The position numbers were made by a program, and so were the translations under genes. A stretch of 63,524 nt of DNA, counting the filler, from Craspedostauros australis (taxonomy: Eukaryota), in the NCBI GenBank assembly GCA_030167865.1. It is 11 parts of 11 records of this genome, joined end to end, with 100 filler letters (N's around TTAATTAATTAA, not from the genome) between each part and the next. Parts side by side here need not be neighbours in the genome. Positions count along the whole stretch, not along the records: positions 11,394 to 15,530 come from JALAGF010005920.1; positions 15,631 to 26,377 come from JALAGF010005921.1; 9 more parts are not named here. The stretch is one strand, 5' to 3'. Within the stretch, counting starts at the first letter, position 1, and the number at the start of each line of letters is the position of its first letter. Below the pieces are notes generated by a model. That model saw only the letters and a list, made by a program, of their open reading frames with translations. It ran no database searches and was not told the origin of the DNA. Below are positions 11,871 through 25,439 of the stretch, in pieces.

Positions 11871-12316
11871 GATTGTATTGTGTGTGTGTATTGCTGTTGT
11901 TGTTGATTGGGTAGAGTCTGATTGTCCTCTTTTGCTTCGTTGTTGTTGTGGTTGTTGTGGATGTTGCTGTTGTTGTTGTGTCGCTTTTGATTTTGTGAGG
12001 AGAGGATGGACATCGGAAGAATCCACACCAACGCACAGTTGCGCACATTCACGAGCACAACCACAATGGAGAAGACTGTACAGAGGGAGAAGAACAACAC
12101 GTGGGTGTTGGAGTCATGATACTCCATGCGGAATCGCCATTCACAGCAACGTCACCAGTTTGATCAGTCCCCTTCTCCCCACGAGACTCAATCACCAATC
12201 CCGAAATGTGAAGGAGCGATCTGGTTGGTTGTCGAAATACGCCATTCACCAGTCCACGCCAACAGCGAACATTTTGGTGCCCACACACAAACACTCAACA
12301 TGCGCTTACGAACGAG

Positions 12317-13711
12317 GCAAGAGTACTGATGCAACAACACCATTGAACGCGGAGAGGTTGGTCTTGTGTGGTGATCCCAATCCCAAATCAAATCACATAN
12401 NNNNNNNNNNNNNNNNNNNNNNNNNNNNNNNCAGAGTGGCAACGCAAAACTTCTCACCATGCAGACCAGTCCATGGATGCCGTCACGCCAAGCAACACAA
12501 AACAGCACGATACTCGCGCGCCGCAAGTCCGAACCATGGACATCTTCCTGATCGTGCCATCCTTCCTCCTCTTCTCTCTCACCATGTATTCATACTCCGA
12601 CAGACGCGCACGTCTCATCATCCACACAGACGACCTACACATGGTCGAAGCATGTACATGCAACCCAGTAGTCCAGCAGCTTTCATGATGANGGAGCATT
12701 GACNGGGAACAGCAGCTTGAGCACCNTCACCAATCGTGNGACACTTGAAGACCAGCGACTCTGTGTGCCTTGCTATTTGAGTCTGAGTATGACGTACAGT
12801 TGTGGCGGGCGATCGCGGCAGCATCCGCAGCTGCAAATGCGAGAACACAGACCCGCACACAGTCATAGACTGCTGGCAATGCGACGTCTCGCGTGCTTCT
12901 GATCATCATCATCATCATCATGGTGATACGGATCCAATCATACGGACCAATACCATCTTCGCCATGCATACCATGCAGGCGATCCATCCTCNNNNNNNNN
13001 NNNNNNNNNNNNNNNNNNNNNNNNNNNNNNNNNNNNNNNNNGGCAAGAGTACTGATGCAACAACACCATTGAACGCGGAGAGGTTGGTCTTGTGTGGTGA
13101 TCCCAATCCCAAATCAAATCACATACCACATACTTTGGTCCAAGCAACGGCAGAGTGGCAACGCAAAACTTCTCACCATGCAGACCAGTCCATGGATGCC
13201 GTCACGCCAAGCAACACAAANCAGCACGATACTCGCGCGCNGCAAGTCCGAACCATGGACATCNTCCTGATCGTGCCATCCTTCCTCCTCTTCTCTCTCA
13301 NCANGTATTCATACTCNGANAGANGCGCACGTCTCATCATCCACACAGACGACCTACACATGGTCGAAGCATGTACATGCAACCCAGTAGTCCAGCAGCT
13401 TTCATGATGATGGAGCATTGACGGGGAACAGCAGCTTGAGCACCATCACCAATCGTGCGACACTTGAAGACCAGCGACTCTGTGTGCCTTGCTATTTGAG
13501 TCTGAGTATGACGTACAGTTGTGGCGGGCGATCGCGGCAGCATCCGCAGCTGCAAATGCGAGAACACAGACCCGCACACAGTCATAGACTGCTGGCAATG
13601 CGACGTCTCGCGTGCTTCTGATCATCATCATCATCATCATGGTGATACGGATCCAATCATACGGACCAATACCATCTTCGCCATGCATACCATGCAGGCG
13701 ATCCATCCTCC
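12317..13711. repeat. About 670-bp direct duplication (12317-12991 vs 13042-13711) either side of a gap; probable assembly redundancy
   Basis: Near-identical sequence on both sides of an N run, with ambiguous n bases in both copies. Confidence 0.8.
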
Positions 13712-14481
13712 TCTCTTCAGTTGCTCTGCAACCAGTTTGCTCCATCTTGTTTGGTGAAAATGTGAACTGGTTGAGTCGTGACGGGCCTGTTGTCTTGTTG
13801 TTCTCTTGAGTACTTGTAGCCCAATGATGATGATGTTTGCGGATTTATGGGGTTTTCTCCAAGAACCAATTAACAGTTGGAATGGGCAGGATAAGTCATT
13901 CACAACCAACACGCCCAACTATGCATCTCGGGTTGTTGTTGTTCTTTGTGTGGGGAGAAGGGATGTTGTCTTTCGTAACGTGTTGTTCGTGGTCGGGTGT
14001 GAGAGCATTGAAGTTGTGTTGACGGAAGACTGATAGAGGCTTCTGATTGGCCGCCAAGGATGGACGTGGCAACGAATTCATGACAAACCGGTGTTCATGT
14101 TTCCAAACGTTTGTACGAAGCTCACTTTCACCACACAACACCACAACTTCGTGTGTTTTGCAAGTGCTCGCTGCTTGTGGCCTCACGTGTATTTCCTGTG
14201 TGCCGAACAAGACCAATGCTTGGGGATGGAAGTGTGGTTGAGACTGCTCCAGGCGTTGTGTTCTCTGCACTCGCATGTATTCCGCCATGACTGGAACCTG
14301 TATGACAGATTGCGGAGGTTGTCGCTCTTGGGTCGGCAAGCTGGTACCTTCGTCCTCTCTGTGGGAAGCGAAGCAAAACAAAACAGCTCGACCTTCCTCT
14401 CACAAAATACAAATCCATCCACTCCACAAACCACAACAACAACAAACAGCAACAACAACAATAACAATAACAGCAACCGCA

Positions 14482-15530
14482 ATGACAGCATACAACAACA
14501 CGACGGCACTCATCGCACTCACACTGCTGTGTCTGTGCAACTCAATCACAAACTGCCAAGCGTGGGTGACACACAACACACCATCGGCGTCGAAAACATC
14601 AACCACACACACACGACAAGGACCGCCACCAGCCGCCACGGCAACTCACATCAATCCACAGCAAACGCACGTCCTCGTTCTNCCAGGCTTCGCAACCGCA
14701 GCCAGCGACTACGTCGATGACCTTGTTCCCAACATCGCACAGCAAGCCATCGACGCTGGATGGTGGGGCAACGACAACAGCAACAGCAATAACAACAGCA
14801 ACAACGACAACGATATGACCAACGCAATGGATCACATCCACGTCCTGCCACTCCAGCGACATGATTGGGCGCAGACCATTGCATTCGGCATGTGCGATCT
14901 CGACTTCATGACCTTCAAGGCACCAGCAACCAAGTGGGCGTACCGATGGTACCTTCAGAAGGTGGCCAAGGAGGTCAAGAGAATCCAGGATGTCGCCAAG
15001 GAGGAAGGCACAACCGCCAAGATCATCCTGGTGGGACACTCCGCCGGTGGCTGGCTCGCAAGGTGAGTTTGGTGCGGCTTTGCTCCTGTGCGGCTGCTCC
15101 TGTGCATGCTTCAGCCGTCCACTCTGCTCTACTCCATTCATTTCACTCACACGATCAACACTCGCGTTCTCCCTCCATGCATCATCACGTTCATCACGCC
15201 TCATTCACCATTCGCCTCCTTCCAATCAACAGAGCCGCTGTCGGATACGGAATGGATGANNNNNNNNNNNNNNNNNNNNNNNNNNNNNNNNNNNNNNNNN
15301 NNNNNNNNNNNNNNNNNNNNNNNNNNNNNNNNNNNNNNNNNNNNNNNNNNNNNNNNNNNNNNNNNNNNNNNNNNNNNNNNNNNNNNGACACCTTCCCAGG
15401 TGCCTTCTTCAACGACCGTCTCTTCTACGTGTCTGCTGCCGGATCTGCATTGAACGTCGAGCAGCAGCAAGCGCACATCCCTTCCCCACACACCATCACC
15501 TCACAGCCAGATGCTGATCACATGCTTGCG
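14482..15530 (+). CDS. Alpha/beta-hydrolase (PGAP1/lipase-like) with N-terminal signal peptide; intron 15063-15232; gapped and 3' truncated
   Basis: Nucleophile elbow IILVGHSAGGWLAR. The GTGAGT...CAACAG splice continues in frame as RAAVGYG, followed after the gap by FPGAFF...YVSAAG. Confidence 0.85.
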
Positions 15531-16449
15531 NNNNNNNNNNNNNNNNNNNNNNNNNNNNNNNNNNNNNNNNNNNNTTAATTAATTAANNNNNNNNNNNNNN
15601 NNNNNNNNNNNNNNNNNNNNNNNNNNNNNNGGGGGGGGCATTGTCACCTTCATTTGATGCTTCATACGTGCTGCCAGGTGTGATTTTTCTGTTGGTGCTG
15701 TTTCTGATTGTGTTGTTCCTGTTGGGTCCACTCCTGGTGTTGTTGGTGTGGCTGTTGGTGGTGTTATGACTGGTGGAAGTGTTGGCATTGTGATTGGTGC
15801 GTGCCAACTCAGCATCATTGGCTGCTGGTTCATCCACAAGACGGAAGTTGGCACCAAGCCTATGTCTTGAAATCTTGTTCCACTTGCCGTCCTCTGCAAT
15901 GGATGATGAAGAGATGAATGCCAAAGGTTGGAGTCATAGGAAAGAGAGAAAAAATAGATGAGAAGGTGCCTGAATACAAATGGACGAGTTCATGGCGTCT
16001 TGATGATGTTGCTGGGCATGCAACAATTACAGTGAAACAAACCCTTCTTCACCAATGTCTGTTTGAACTCCTGGAGAGTCCGAACGAACTTCTTTGCATC
16101 ATACTTGAGTAAGAACGAATGCTACAGACGCAAAGGTGTTGCCTCCCAGTGCCATTTTGTGGGATCAGCCAAGAATGCCTTGATGAGGTCAGTAGCATCA
16201 GGCCCATTCTTGTAAAGATGGGGATCGGAGCCCACCATTGTGGAGTTTCTGCAATGTTGTGCTGTTGAGTTGTTGGCTCAATGTGTTGATGCGTTGATGT
16301 GTAAACATGTAGATGCTCCAATATGCGGATGTGTTGATTTGCCAATGTGCAAATGTGCTGTTGTGTTGATGTGTGGCTACATGGATGCATGGATGCGCCA
16401 ATGTGCGAATTATGGGAANNNNNNNNNNNNNNNNNNNNNNNNNNNNNNN

Positions 16450-18050
16450 GAGAATGTTCAAACTGTGTCATGGACGAATTTGCCCCAGTCTCAAATCAGT
16501 CACGATCCAGGGGAACAATACGCACCAAAATTTCAACAATGTTCCTTGTGTGTTGAAGCTGAACCCAACCACAGCGAGGGTCCAGATCAATGGTGGATCC
16601 GGAAGACTATCGCACAACCAAGTATAACATCAGAGTATAATTGTGACCCCAACACCGAAATATGAATAACATGGTGCATCATCACAAAGTAAGCTGAATG
16701 AGGATGATCATGGCCAGTAACATGNNNNNNNNNNNNNNNNNNNNNNNNNNNNNNNNNNNNNNNNNNNNNNNNNNTGATTTGCCAATGTGCAAATGTGCTG
16801 TTGTGTTGATGTGTGGCTACATGGATGCATGGATGCGCCAATGTGCGAATTATGGGAACATTCCAATGACCCATATTCTTTGTGACCACGAGAATGTTCA
16901 AACTGTGTCATGGACGAATTTGCCCCAGTCTCAAATCAGTCACGATCCAGGGGAACAATACGCACCAAAATTTCAACAATGTTCCTTGTGTGTTGAANNN
17001 NNNNNNNNNNNNNNNNNNNNNTCCAGATCAATGGTGGATCCGGAAGACTATCGCACAACCAAGTATAACATCAGAGTATAATTGTGACCCCAACACCGAA
17101 ATATGAATAACATGGTGCATCATCACAAAGTAAGCTGAATGAGGATGATCATGGCCAGTAACATGAGAGATGCTGCTGACTCTGCATCCTGCAATCAGAC
17201 AGAAACACATCTCATCATCAGCTCATACTATCTAAGATTGAGTGATTCTCAACAACCCAGATAAGTTGGCAACTAACAACTACAATTTTACCGCCAAACA
17301 GAGCCCACGATCTGATCACTGCACACGCCAGGCTAACAGTTCTGACATCTGGACCAAAGTAGCACAAATGTGTTGATGCGTTGATTTGTGGATGCATGGA
17401 TGTGCCAATGTGCAAATGTGTTGATGTTCCAATGTGTCGATGCTCCAATGTGTCGATGCTCCAATGTGTTGATGTGCCAATGTGTCGATGTGTTGATGTG
17501 CGAATGTGCTGATGTGTGGACGTGTGGATGCGTTGACGCGTGGATGCGCCAATGTGCGGTTGTNNNNNNNNNNNNNNNNNNNNNNNNNNNNNNNNNNNNN
17601 NNNNNNNNNNNNNCAAATCAGTCACGATCCAGGGGAACAATACGCACCAAAATTTCAACAATGTTCCTTGTGTGTTGAACCTGAACCCAACCACAGCAAG
17701 GGATCCAGATCAATGGTGGATCCGGAAGACTATCGCACAACCAAGTATAACATCAGAGTATAATTGTGACCCCAACACTGAAATATGAATAATATGGTGC
17801 ATCATCACAAAGTAAGCTGAACGAGGATGATCATGGCCAGTAACATGGGAGATGCTGCTGACTCTGCATCCTGCAATCAGACAGAAACACATCTCATCGT
17901 CAGCTCATACTATCTAAGATTGAGTGATTCTCAACAACCCAGATAAGTTGGCAACTAACAACTACAATTTTACCGCCAAACAGAGCCCACGATCTGACCA
18001 CTGCACACGCCAGGCTAACAGTTCTGACATCTGGACCAAAGTAGCACAGA
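16450..18050. repeat. Block containing CAAATCAGTCACGATCCAGGGG repeated at about 16492, 16932 and 17614, interspersed with GATGTG-rich tracts and gaps
   Basis: Three near-identical copies with few substitutions, separated by N runs. Confidence 0.75.
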
Positions 18051-19990
18051 TGTGTTGATGCGTTGATTTGTGGATGCATGGATGTGCCAATGTGCAAATA
18101 TGTTGATGCTCCAATGTGCCGATGTGCCAATGTGTTGATGTGCCAATGTGTCGATGTGTCGATGTGTTGATGTGCGAATGTGCTGATGTGTGGACGTGTG
18201 GATGCGTTGACGCGTGGATGCGCCAATGTGCGGTTGTATTGATCAGTGAATGTGCTGATGCGTGGATGTGTGGATGTGCTGATGTGCTGATGCGCCAATG
18301 TGTGGATGTGTTGATTTGCGAATGTGCTGATGCGTGGACGTGTGGATGCGTTGACACGTAGATGCGTTGACGCGTGGATGCGCCAATGTGCGGATGTGCT
18401 GATGTGCTGATGCATGGATGTGTGGATGCGACAATGTGCGGATGTGTTGATGTGAGGACGAGTGAATGTGCCAGTGTTCGGATGTGTTGATGTGAGGACG
18501 AGTGAATGCACCAACATTTGGATGTGTTGACAAGAGGACATGTGGATGCACCCATGTTTGGATGTGTTGATGCAAGGACGCGTGGATGCGCCAATGTTCG
18601 GATGTGTTGATGTGAGGACGAGTGAATGTGCCAGTGTGCGGATGTGTTGATGCGAGGATGCGCCAATGTTCAGATGTGTTGATGCAAGGACGCGTGGACG
18701 TGCCAATGTTCAGATGTGTTGATGCGAGGATGAGTGAATGCGCCAATGTTTGGATGTGTTGATGCGAGGACGAGTGGACACGCCAATGTTCAGATGTGTT
18801 GATGTGTTGATGTGTGGATGTGCCAATGTTTGGATGTGTTGATGCGAGGATGAGTGGACGCGCCAATGTTCGGCTGTGTTGATGCAAGGACGAGTGAATG
18901 TGCCAATGTTTGGATGTGCAGATGTGTTGATGTGTGGATGCGCCAATGTTTGGATGTGTTGATGCGAGGATGAGTGAACGTGCCAATGTACGGATGTGTT
19001 GATGCGAGGACGAGTGGATGCGCCAATGTTTGGATGTGTTGATGCAAGGACGTGTGGATGTGCCAGTGTGCGGATGTGTTGATGAGAGGACGAGTGAATG
19101 CGCCAATGTTTGGATGTGCAGATGTGTTGATGTGTGGATATGCCAATGTTCGGATGTGTTGATGCGAGGATGAGTGAACGCGCCAATGTTTGGATGTGTT
19201 GATGCAAGGACAAGTGGATGCGCCAATGTTTGGATGTGTTGATGAGAGGACGAGTGAATGCGCCAATGTTTGGATGTGCAGATGTGTGGATCCGCCAATG
19301 TTCGGATGTGTTGATGTGAGGATGAGTGGATGCGCCAAGGTTCGGATGTGTTGATGGGAGGATGAGTGAATGCGCCAATTCGGATGTGCAGATGTGTTGA
19401 TGTGTGGACGCGCCAATGTTCGGATGTGTTGATGAGAGGACGAGTGAATGCGCCAATGGTTCGGATGTGTTGATGCGACGACGAGTGAATGCGCTAATGT
19501 TCGGATGTGCAGATGTGTTGATGTGTGGATGCGCCAATGTTTGGATGTGTTGATGCGACGACGAGTGGATGCACCAGTGTGCAGATGTGTTGATGCGAGG
19601 ACGAGTGAATGCGCCAATGTTTGGATGTGTTGATGCGAGGGTGAGCGAATGCGCCAATGTTCGGATGTGTTGATGAGAGGACGAGTGGATGTGCCAAGGT
19701 TTGGATGTGTTCATGCGACAACGCGTGGACGCGCCAATGTTCGGATGATCGGATGCACCAATGTTCGGATGATCGGATGCGCCAATGTTCGGATGATCGG
19801 ATGCGCCAATGTTTGGATGTGTTGATGTGACGACGAGTGGATGCGCCAGTGTGCAGATGTGTTGATGCGACGATGACTGAATGCACCAATGTTCGAATGT
19901 GCAGATGTGTTGACGAGTGAATGCGCCAATGTTCAGATGTGTTGATGCGAGGATGCGCCAATGTTCAGATGTGTTGATGCGCCAATGCAC
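18050..19990. repeat. Minisatellite, about 40-bp unit GCCAATGTTCGGATGTGTTGATGCGAGGACGAGTGAATGC with shorter variants
   Basis: Dozens of tandem degenerate copies over about 1.9 kb. Confidence 0.95.
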
Positions 19991-21029
19991 CGACTCGTTG
20001 GTGTGTGGGTGAGTGGGTGTGTGAGTGTTGCGATTTTGTTTTTATGGCCACATTGATTTGTGTTGGGGGGAACATGTGGGCATGTGGGTTGATGGTGCAA
20101 ATGTTGCCATCATTTTCCAACACCTCTCTCTCTCTCTCTCTCTCTCTGTGTTGTGTGTGTTGTGTGTGTTGTGTGTGTGGGCGTCCTGGTCCGTTGGCAT
20201 GGCATGTTTGGTTTCTCCCGTTATGACTTCGTGCGAAAACGAAACAAGCACGATCGTGAGTTCGCTGTGATGCCAATACCTTCCCGTGTTACCGCAAAAA
20301 GACGAAGCAGTATCGGACAATGAGCCTGTGCGGTCGAGTACAACCTGGTGAATCGCCAACGAGCGAATCGAAATGTCGCATTCCTCGGTGTTGGTGGCGA
20401 ATGTCTTGGAATGTCGCAAACAGTCCATGCACGGTTGGACAATCCATTGGGGTGGTTGAATACGACCTAGTGGATACGGATACGTACCAATGTCACAGTA
20501 GATAAATACACGAAATGGCATCACAGTGGTCCAAAATCGTGGTATTTCGGTTCAAATCGGTCATTTCAATGACTCACATAGTCCCAATTTTGTCACATGA
20601 CGCACAACAGGCGACACAAATGGGTCTAAATAATGTTGTTTATCGTCGGAATGGACACGAAGGCATAAATTAGTCTCAAAAGCACGTCAACCAGTGCTGA
20701 AAAGGGACTAACAAATGCCCAAATGGTATTGGTTGCACCATTCCTCCTGAATGTGTCTGTTCAGAACTGCAACAATGATGTCGATATTCCTGACACATCG
20801 TGCCACATGGAGCAGACCGTTCAAAACTGCAGTGTACGGACGAACCGATCAACATGTCGGGCGAATGGGCCCAAGGCGATACAGGAAAAACACTGGCTCT
20901 ATGCGGAAAGCGAGGACGAGACGACAAAAAGAAGAATGTGTTCCACGAATCCAGGGCAAAATGCAACAAACAATGTCAACGTCGGAGGGAAACATGCCCG
21001 ATCAAACTTGGCGCTTGTGACAAACTACT

Positions 21030-23890
21030 CCCGACCTTCGTCTCTGTGTCTGGGTCTGAAGGTGATGTTCGGTTCGTCACAAATTAGCCTGTCTGTTCTG
21101 CTGGTGTTGCGCGTTTGATGACTTAATACGATTCGTCCTGTTTGTCATGACTCCGTACCCAGCTTGTTGGGACGGTACTACACGGACACAACACGTACAC
21201 ACAAAGTCGATCGAGGACAATCCAATCCAGCACGTCCAATCCTCCTCTGTGTCTGTGTACGCCGGTCATGTTCGGTTCATCCTGATTTAGCCTGTCTGTT
21301 TTGCTGGTGCTGCCTGTTAGGCGACTTCGTATGACCAGCCCCTGTGTTCAATAACTCTGATACTGGTTAGTTGCGACAGTGCTGCAAAGAGACAGGCTAA
21401 ATGACGACACTGACAATAACAACAACATCGCGCGTGCAAAATTATTCGCGCAGGCAGACACGGTCCTCCCGCTCTTCGTCTGTGTAGACCAGTCATGTTT
21501 GGTGTGTCCTGTTTTGCCTGTCTGTTTTGCTGGTCTTGCGCGGTCAACAAAATACTACGACCAGACCCTGTGTGTTCGATTACTCTGATACTGGTTGGTT
21601 GCAATAGCCCTGCACAGAGAGACAGGGCTAAATAACGACACTGACAATAACAACAACATCACACATGCATAATCATTCGTGCACAGACAGGCATGATCCT
21701 CCCGCTCTTCATCTCTCTGTCTCTGTGTTTGCTGGTCATGTTTAGTTCATCGCGAATCAGCCTGTCTGTTTTGTTGGTGTTGTGCGGTCAACAAAATGCT
21801 ATGACCAGACCCGCTGTGTTCAATGACTCCATACCCGGTTTGTTGCGACAGTCCTGCACAGACATGACAGACACGGCACGCACAAAATGGATCGAGGACA
21901 ATCCGACCCAGCCTGTCCAATCCTCCTCTGTCTCTGTGTATGCTGGTCATGTTTGGTTCGTGATGATTTTGCCTGTCTGTTTTGCTGGTGTCGTGCAGTC
22001 GACAAAATACTATGACCAGATCCGCTGTGTTCAATGACTCTGAGACTGGTTGGTTGCAATAGCCCTGCACAGAGAGACAGGGCTAAATAACAACACTGAC
22101 AATAACAACAACATCACACATGCATAATTATTCGTGCATAGACAGGCATGGTCCTCCTGCTCTTCATCTCTCTGTCTCTGTGTTTGCTGGTCATGTTTGG
22201 TTCGTGATGATGTTGCCTGTCTGTTTTGTTGATGTTGTGCAGTCGACAAAATGCTATGACCAGACCCGCTGTGTTCGATTGCTCTGAGACTGGTTTGTTG
22301 CAATAGCCCTGCACAGAGAGACAGGGCTAAATAACAACACTGACAATAACAACAACATCACACATGCATAATTATTCGCGCACAGACAGGCATGGTCCTC
22401 CTGCTCTTCGTCTCTCTGTCTCTGTGTTTGCTGGTCATGTTTGGTTTGTGATGATGTTGCCTGTCTGTTTTGTTGATGTTGTGCAGTCGACAAAATGCTA
22501 TGACCAGACCCGCTGTGTTCGATTGCTCTGAGACTGGTTTGTTGCAATAGCCCTGCACAGAGAGACAGGGCTAAATAACAACACTGACAATAACAACAAC
22601 ATCACACATGCACAATTATTCGTGCACTGACAGGCACAGTCCTCCCGCTCTTCATCTCTCTGTCTCTGTGTTCACTGGTCATGTTCTGTTCGTCACGAAT
22701 TCGCCTGTCTGTTTTGTTGGTGTTGTGCGGTCAACAAAATACTATGACCAGACCCTGTGTGTTCGATTACTCTGTGGTACTGGTTTGTTGCAATAGCCCT
22801 GCACAGAGAGACAGGGCTAAATAACGACACTGACAATAACAACAACATCACACATGCATAATTATTCGTGCACAGACAGGCATGGTCCTCCTGCTCTTCG
22901 TCTCTCTGTCTCTGCGTATACGATGGTCATGTTTGGTTTGCCCTGATTTAGTCTGTCTGTTTTGTTGGTGCTGTGCGGTCAACAAAATACTATGACCAGA
23001 CCCGCTGTGTTCAATGGCTCCATACCCGGTTTGTTGCAACAGTCCTGCACAGACATGACAGACACGGCACGCACGATAACAACAACATTGCATGTGCAAA
23101 GTGTTCGCGAACAATCAGACCCAACACATCCAATCCTCCCCTGTGTCTGGGTGTGGGTCATGTTTGGTTCATCCTGATTTAGTCTGTCTTTTTTGCTGGT
23201 GTTGCACGTTGGATGATTGGGTACGATGAGCCCTGTTTGTCATGACTCCGTACTCGGTTTGTTGCGACAGTCCTGCACAGACATGACAGACACGACACGC
23301 ACGATAACAACAACATTGCATGTGCAAATTGCTCGTGANNNNNNNNNNNNNNNNNNNNNNNNNNNNNNNNNNNNNNNNNNNNNNNNNNCCGCTCTTCATC
23401 TCTCTGTCTCTGTGTTCGCTGGTCATATTCTGTTTGTCACGAATTCGCCTGTCTGTTTTGTTGGTGTTGTGCAGTCGACAAAATGCTATGACCAGACCTG
23501 CTGTGTTCAATGACTCCATACCTGGTTTGTTGCGACAGTCCTGCACAGACATGACAGCCACGGCACGCACGATAACAACAACATTGCATGTGCAAAGTGT
23601 TCGCGAACAATCAGACCCAACACATCCAATCCTCTTCTGTGTCTGGGTGCAGGTCATGTTTGGTTCATCCTGATTTAGTCTGTCTGTTTTGCTGGTGTTG
23701 CGCGTTGGATGACTGGGTACGATGGACCCTGTGTTCAATGACTCCGTACCCGGTTTGTTGCGACAGTCCTGCACAGACATGACAGACACGACACGCACGA
23801 TAACAACAACATTGCATGTGCAAATTGCTCGTGAGCAATCAGACCCAACACATCCAATCCTCTTCTGTGTCTGTGTACGCCGGTCGTGTT
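21030..23890. repeat. Tandem satellite, about 244-bp monomer, two subtypes, roughly 12 copies
   Basis: TAGCCCTGCACAGAGAGACAGGGCTA recurs at 21605, 22060, 22304, 22548 and 22794 (spacings 244, 244, 246). The second subtype carries CAGTCCTGCACAGACATGACAGACAC. Confidence 0.92.
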
Positions 23891-24161
23891 CGGATCGTCG
23901 TTGTTGTGCCAGTCCAAACCGACACAGACAGCCAAGGTCAATGAGCCAAACAACACACTGAATTGTCCAGGCTATTGTATGTTCAGCACAAATCGACAAT
24001 AACAGGGCTTGCCCTGTCTGCATTCCTCTTTCTGTTGTTGAATTAGATATTGCACTAGTGAATGCCACATTTTCGTCCTCCGTCCTGTTGGCATACCAAG
24101 ATACATCAGAATTGCACTGGAGACCACGCAGACGACCAAGGCAACCATTGCATGCAAGGGC

Positions 24162-25150
24162 ATGGAGCTTCTGGGACAAGCGTTTGAGCCTAGACTCCAC
24201 ACTCTGCCATTGTACGGCGTGCAAACATGTTTCTGAAGCAACTTCAGAACCCACACCAAAGTGGCTGCCATGGCATGGGATGGACTGAATGAGGAAGGCT
24301 TACTGCCATGGAATGCAACAATGGAGCACCTGCTATGCACTCTCATGTTTCCCAAACAATATCCAACATGGGGTGTGCTGGCAGGACGAATGGGAAAGGA
24401 TGTGAAAACTGTACAGAAGTGGACCTGGATTATTCTTCGTGCATTGGCTCTCCTCAGCCAAGAACTGGTAAGTGACACAACTTTGGAACATCAACAGAGG
24501 AACCACAATCTGTATGCTGCAATTGATGAATTGCGTGCCATATCTCTCACANNNNNNNNNNNNNNNNNNNNNNNNNNNNNNNNNNNNNNNNNNNNNNNNN
24601 NNNNNNNNNNNNNNNNNNNNNNNNNNNNNNNNNNNNNNNNNNNNNNNNNNNNNNNNNNNNNNNNNNNNNNNNNNNNNNNNNNNNNNNNNNNNNNNNNNNN
24701 NNNNNNNNNNNNNNNNNNNNNNNNNNNNNNNNNNNNACTTGCATCTCCATTGTGACAGGGCACCTTGTGTGGGTGGACGGACCATATCCTTGCGGGGAGT
24801 GGCCAGACATCAAGATCTATCATGAGAAGCTACTGCATGCATTGGATCCTAATGAACAGGTCATTGCAGACCACGGGTACAGAGGTGAGCAAGGCTGCTG
24901 CTTGGATCGCACACAACGCAATGGCGTGATTTGTGCACGGCATGAAACTGTGCATAAAAGGTTCAAGAACTGGAAGTGCCTGAAGCAAAAATGGCGGCAC
25001 TTACTGGAGAAGCACCAGTACACAATGTACTTGGTGGCTGCAATCACACAATTGGAACTCAAACATACAAATCCGCTGTTTAACCTCAACCAAACAATGG
25101 GAATCATCAGGGAGATGGATGATTGGTTGGATTCCCTGGTGGAACCGTAA
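24162..25150 (+). pseudogene. Decayed DDE_Tnp_4-type transposase (PIF/Harbinger/ISL2EU-like), with an intron starting at 24468
   Basis: N-terminal part HLLCTLMF.KQYPT...KTVQKWTW. Catalytic part GHLVWVDGPYPCGEWPDIKI, VIADHGYRGE, ARHETVHKRFKNW, AAITQL. In-frame TGA at 24234-24236. GTAAGT donor; the acceptor lies in the gap. Confidence 0.85.
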
Positions 25151-25439
25151 GAATAAGCAATACTCACATGCAATAAACCAACAAACTTAGAAATAGCAAC
25201 AACAACAAACACTCTTCAACCTATTCGTCACGAGGGCTGCTGAAACGAAACTGCAATTGGATGTGCCAACCAAGGAAGTATCCCAGGCCAAACCAAAGTG
25301 GACTGGATGAGCCAAAATCACAAGCTCCAGGAAGAAGCCAAGCATGGCATAATGTCCCAGCTCATGGACTCGTCTTGTGAAGCCCCCATAGAGCTGCCTC
25401 AAATGCCCATACCTCCTCACCTCCGCCAGCTTAGCCAGA

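Noticed and set aside
17900..19990. Long His-rich ORFs (up to 426 aa)
   Set aside because: They are translations of a roughly 40-bp non-triplet satellite; the same peptides appear in all minus-strand frames.
20522..20560. CACAGTGGTCCAAAATCG as a Tc1/mariner-like terminal inverted repeat
   Set aside because: No matching inverted copy found in the scaffold, and no TA immediately 5' of it.
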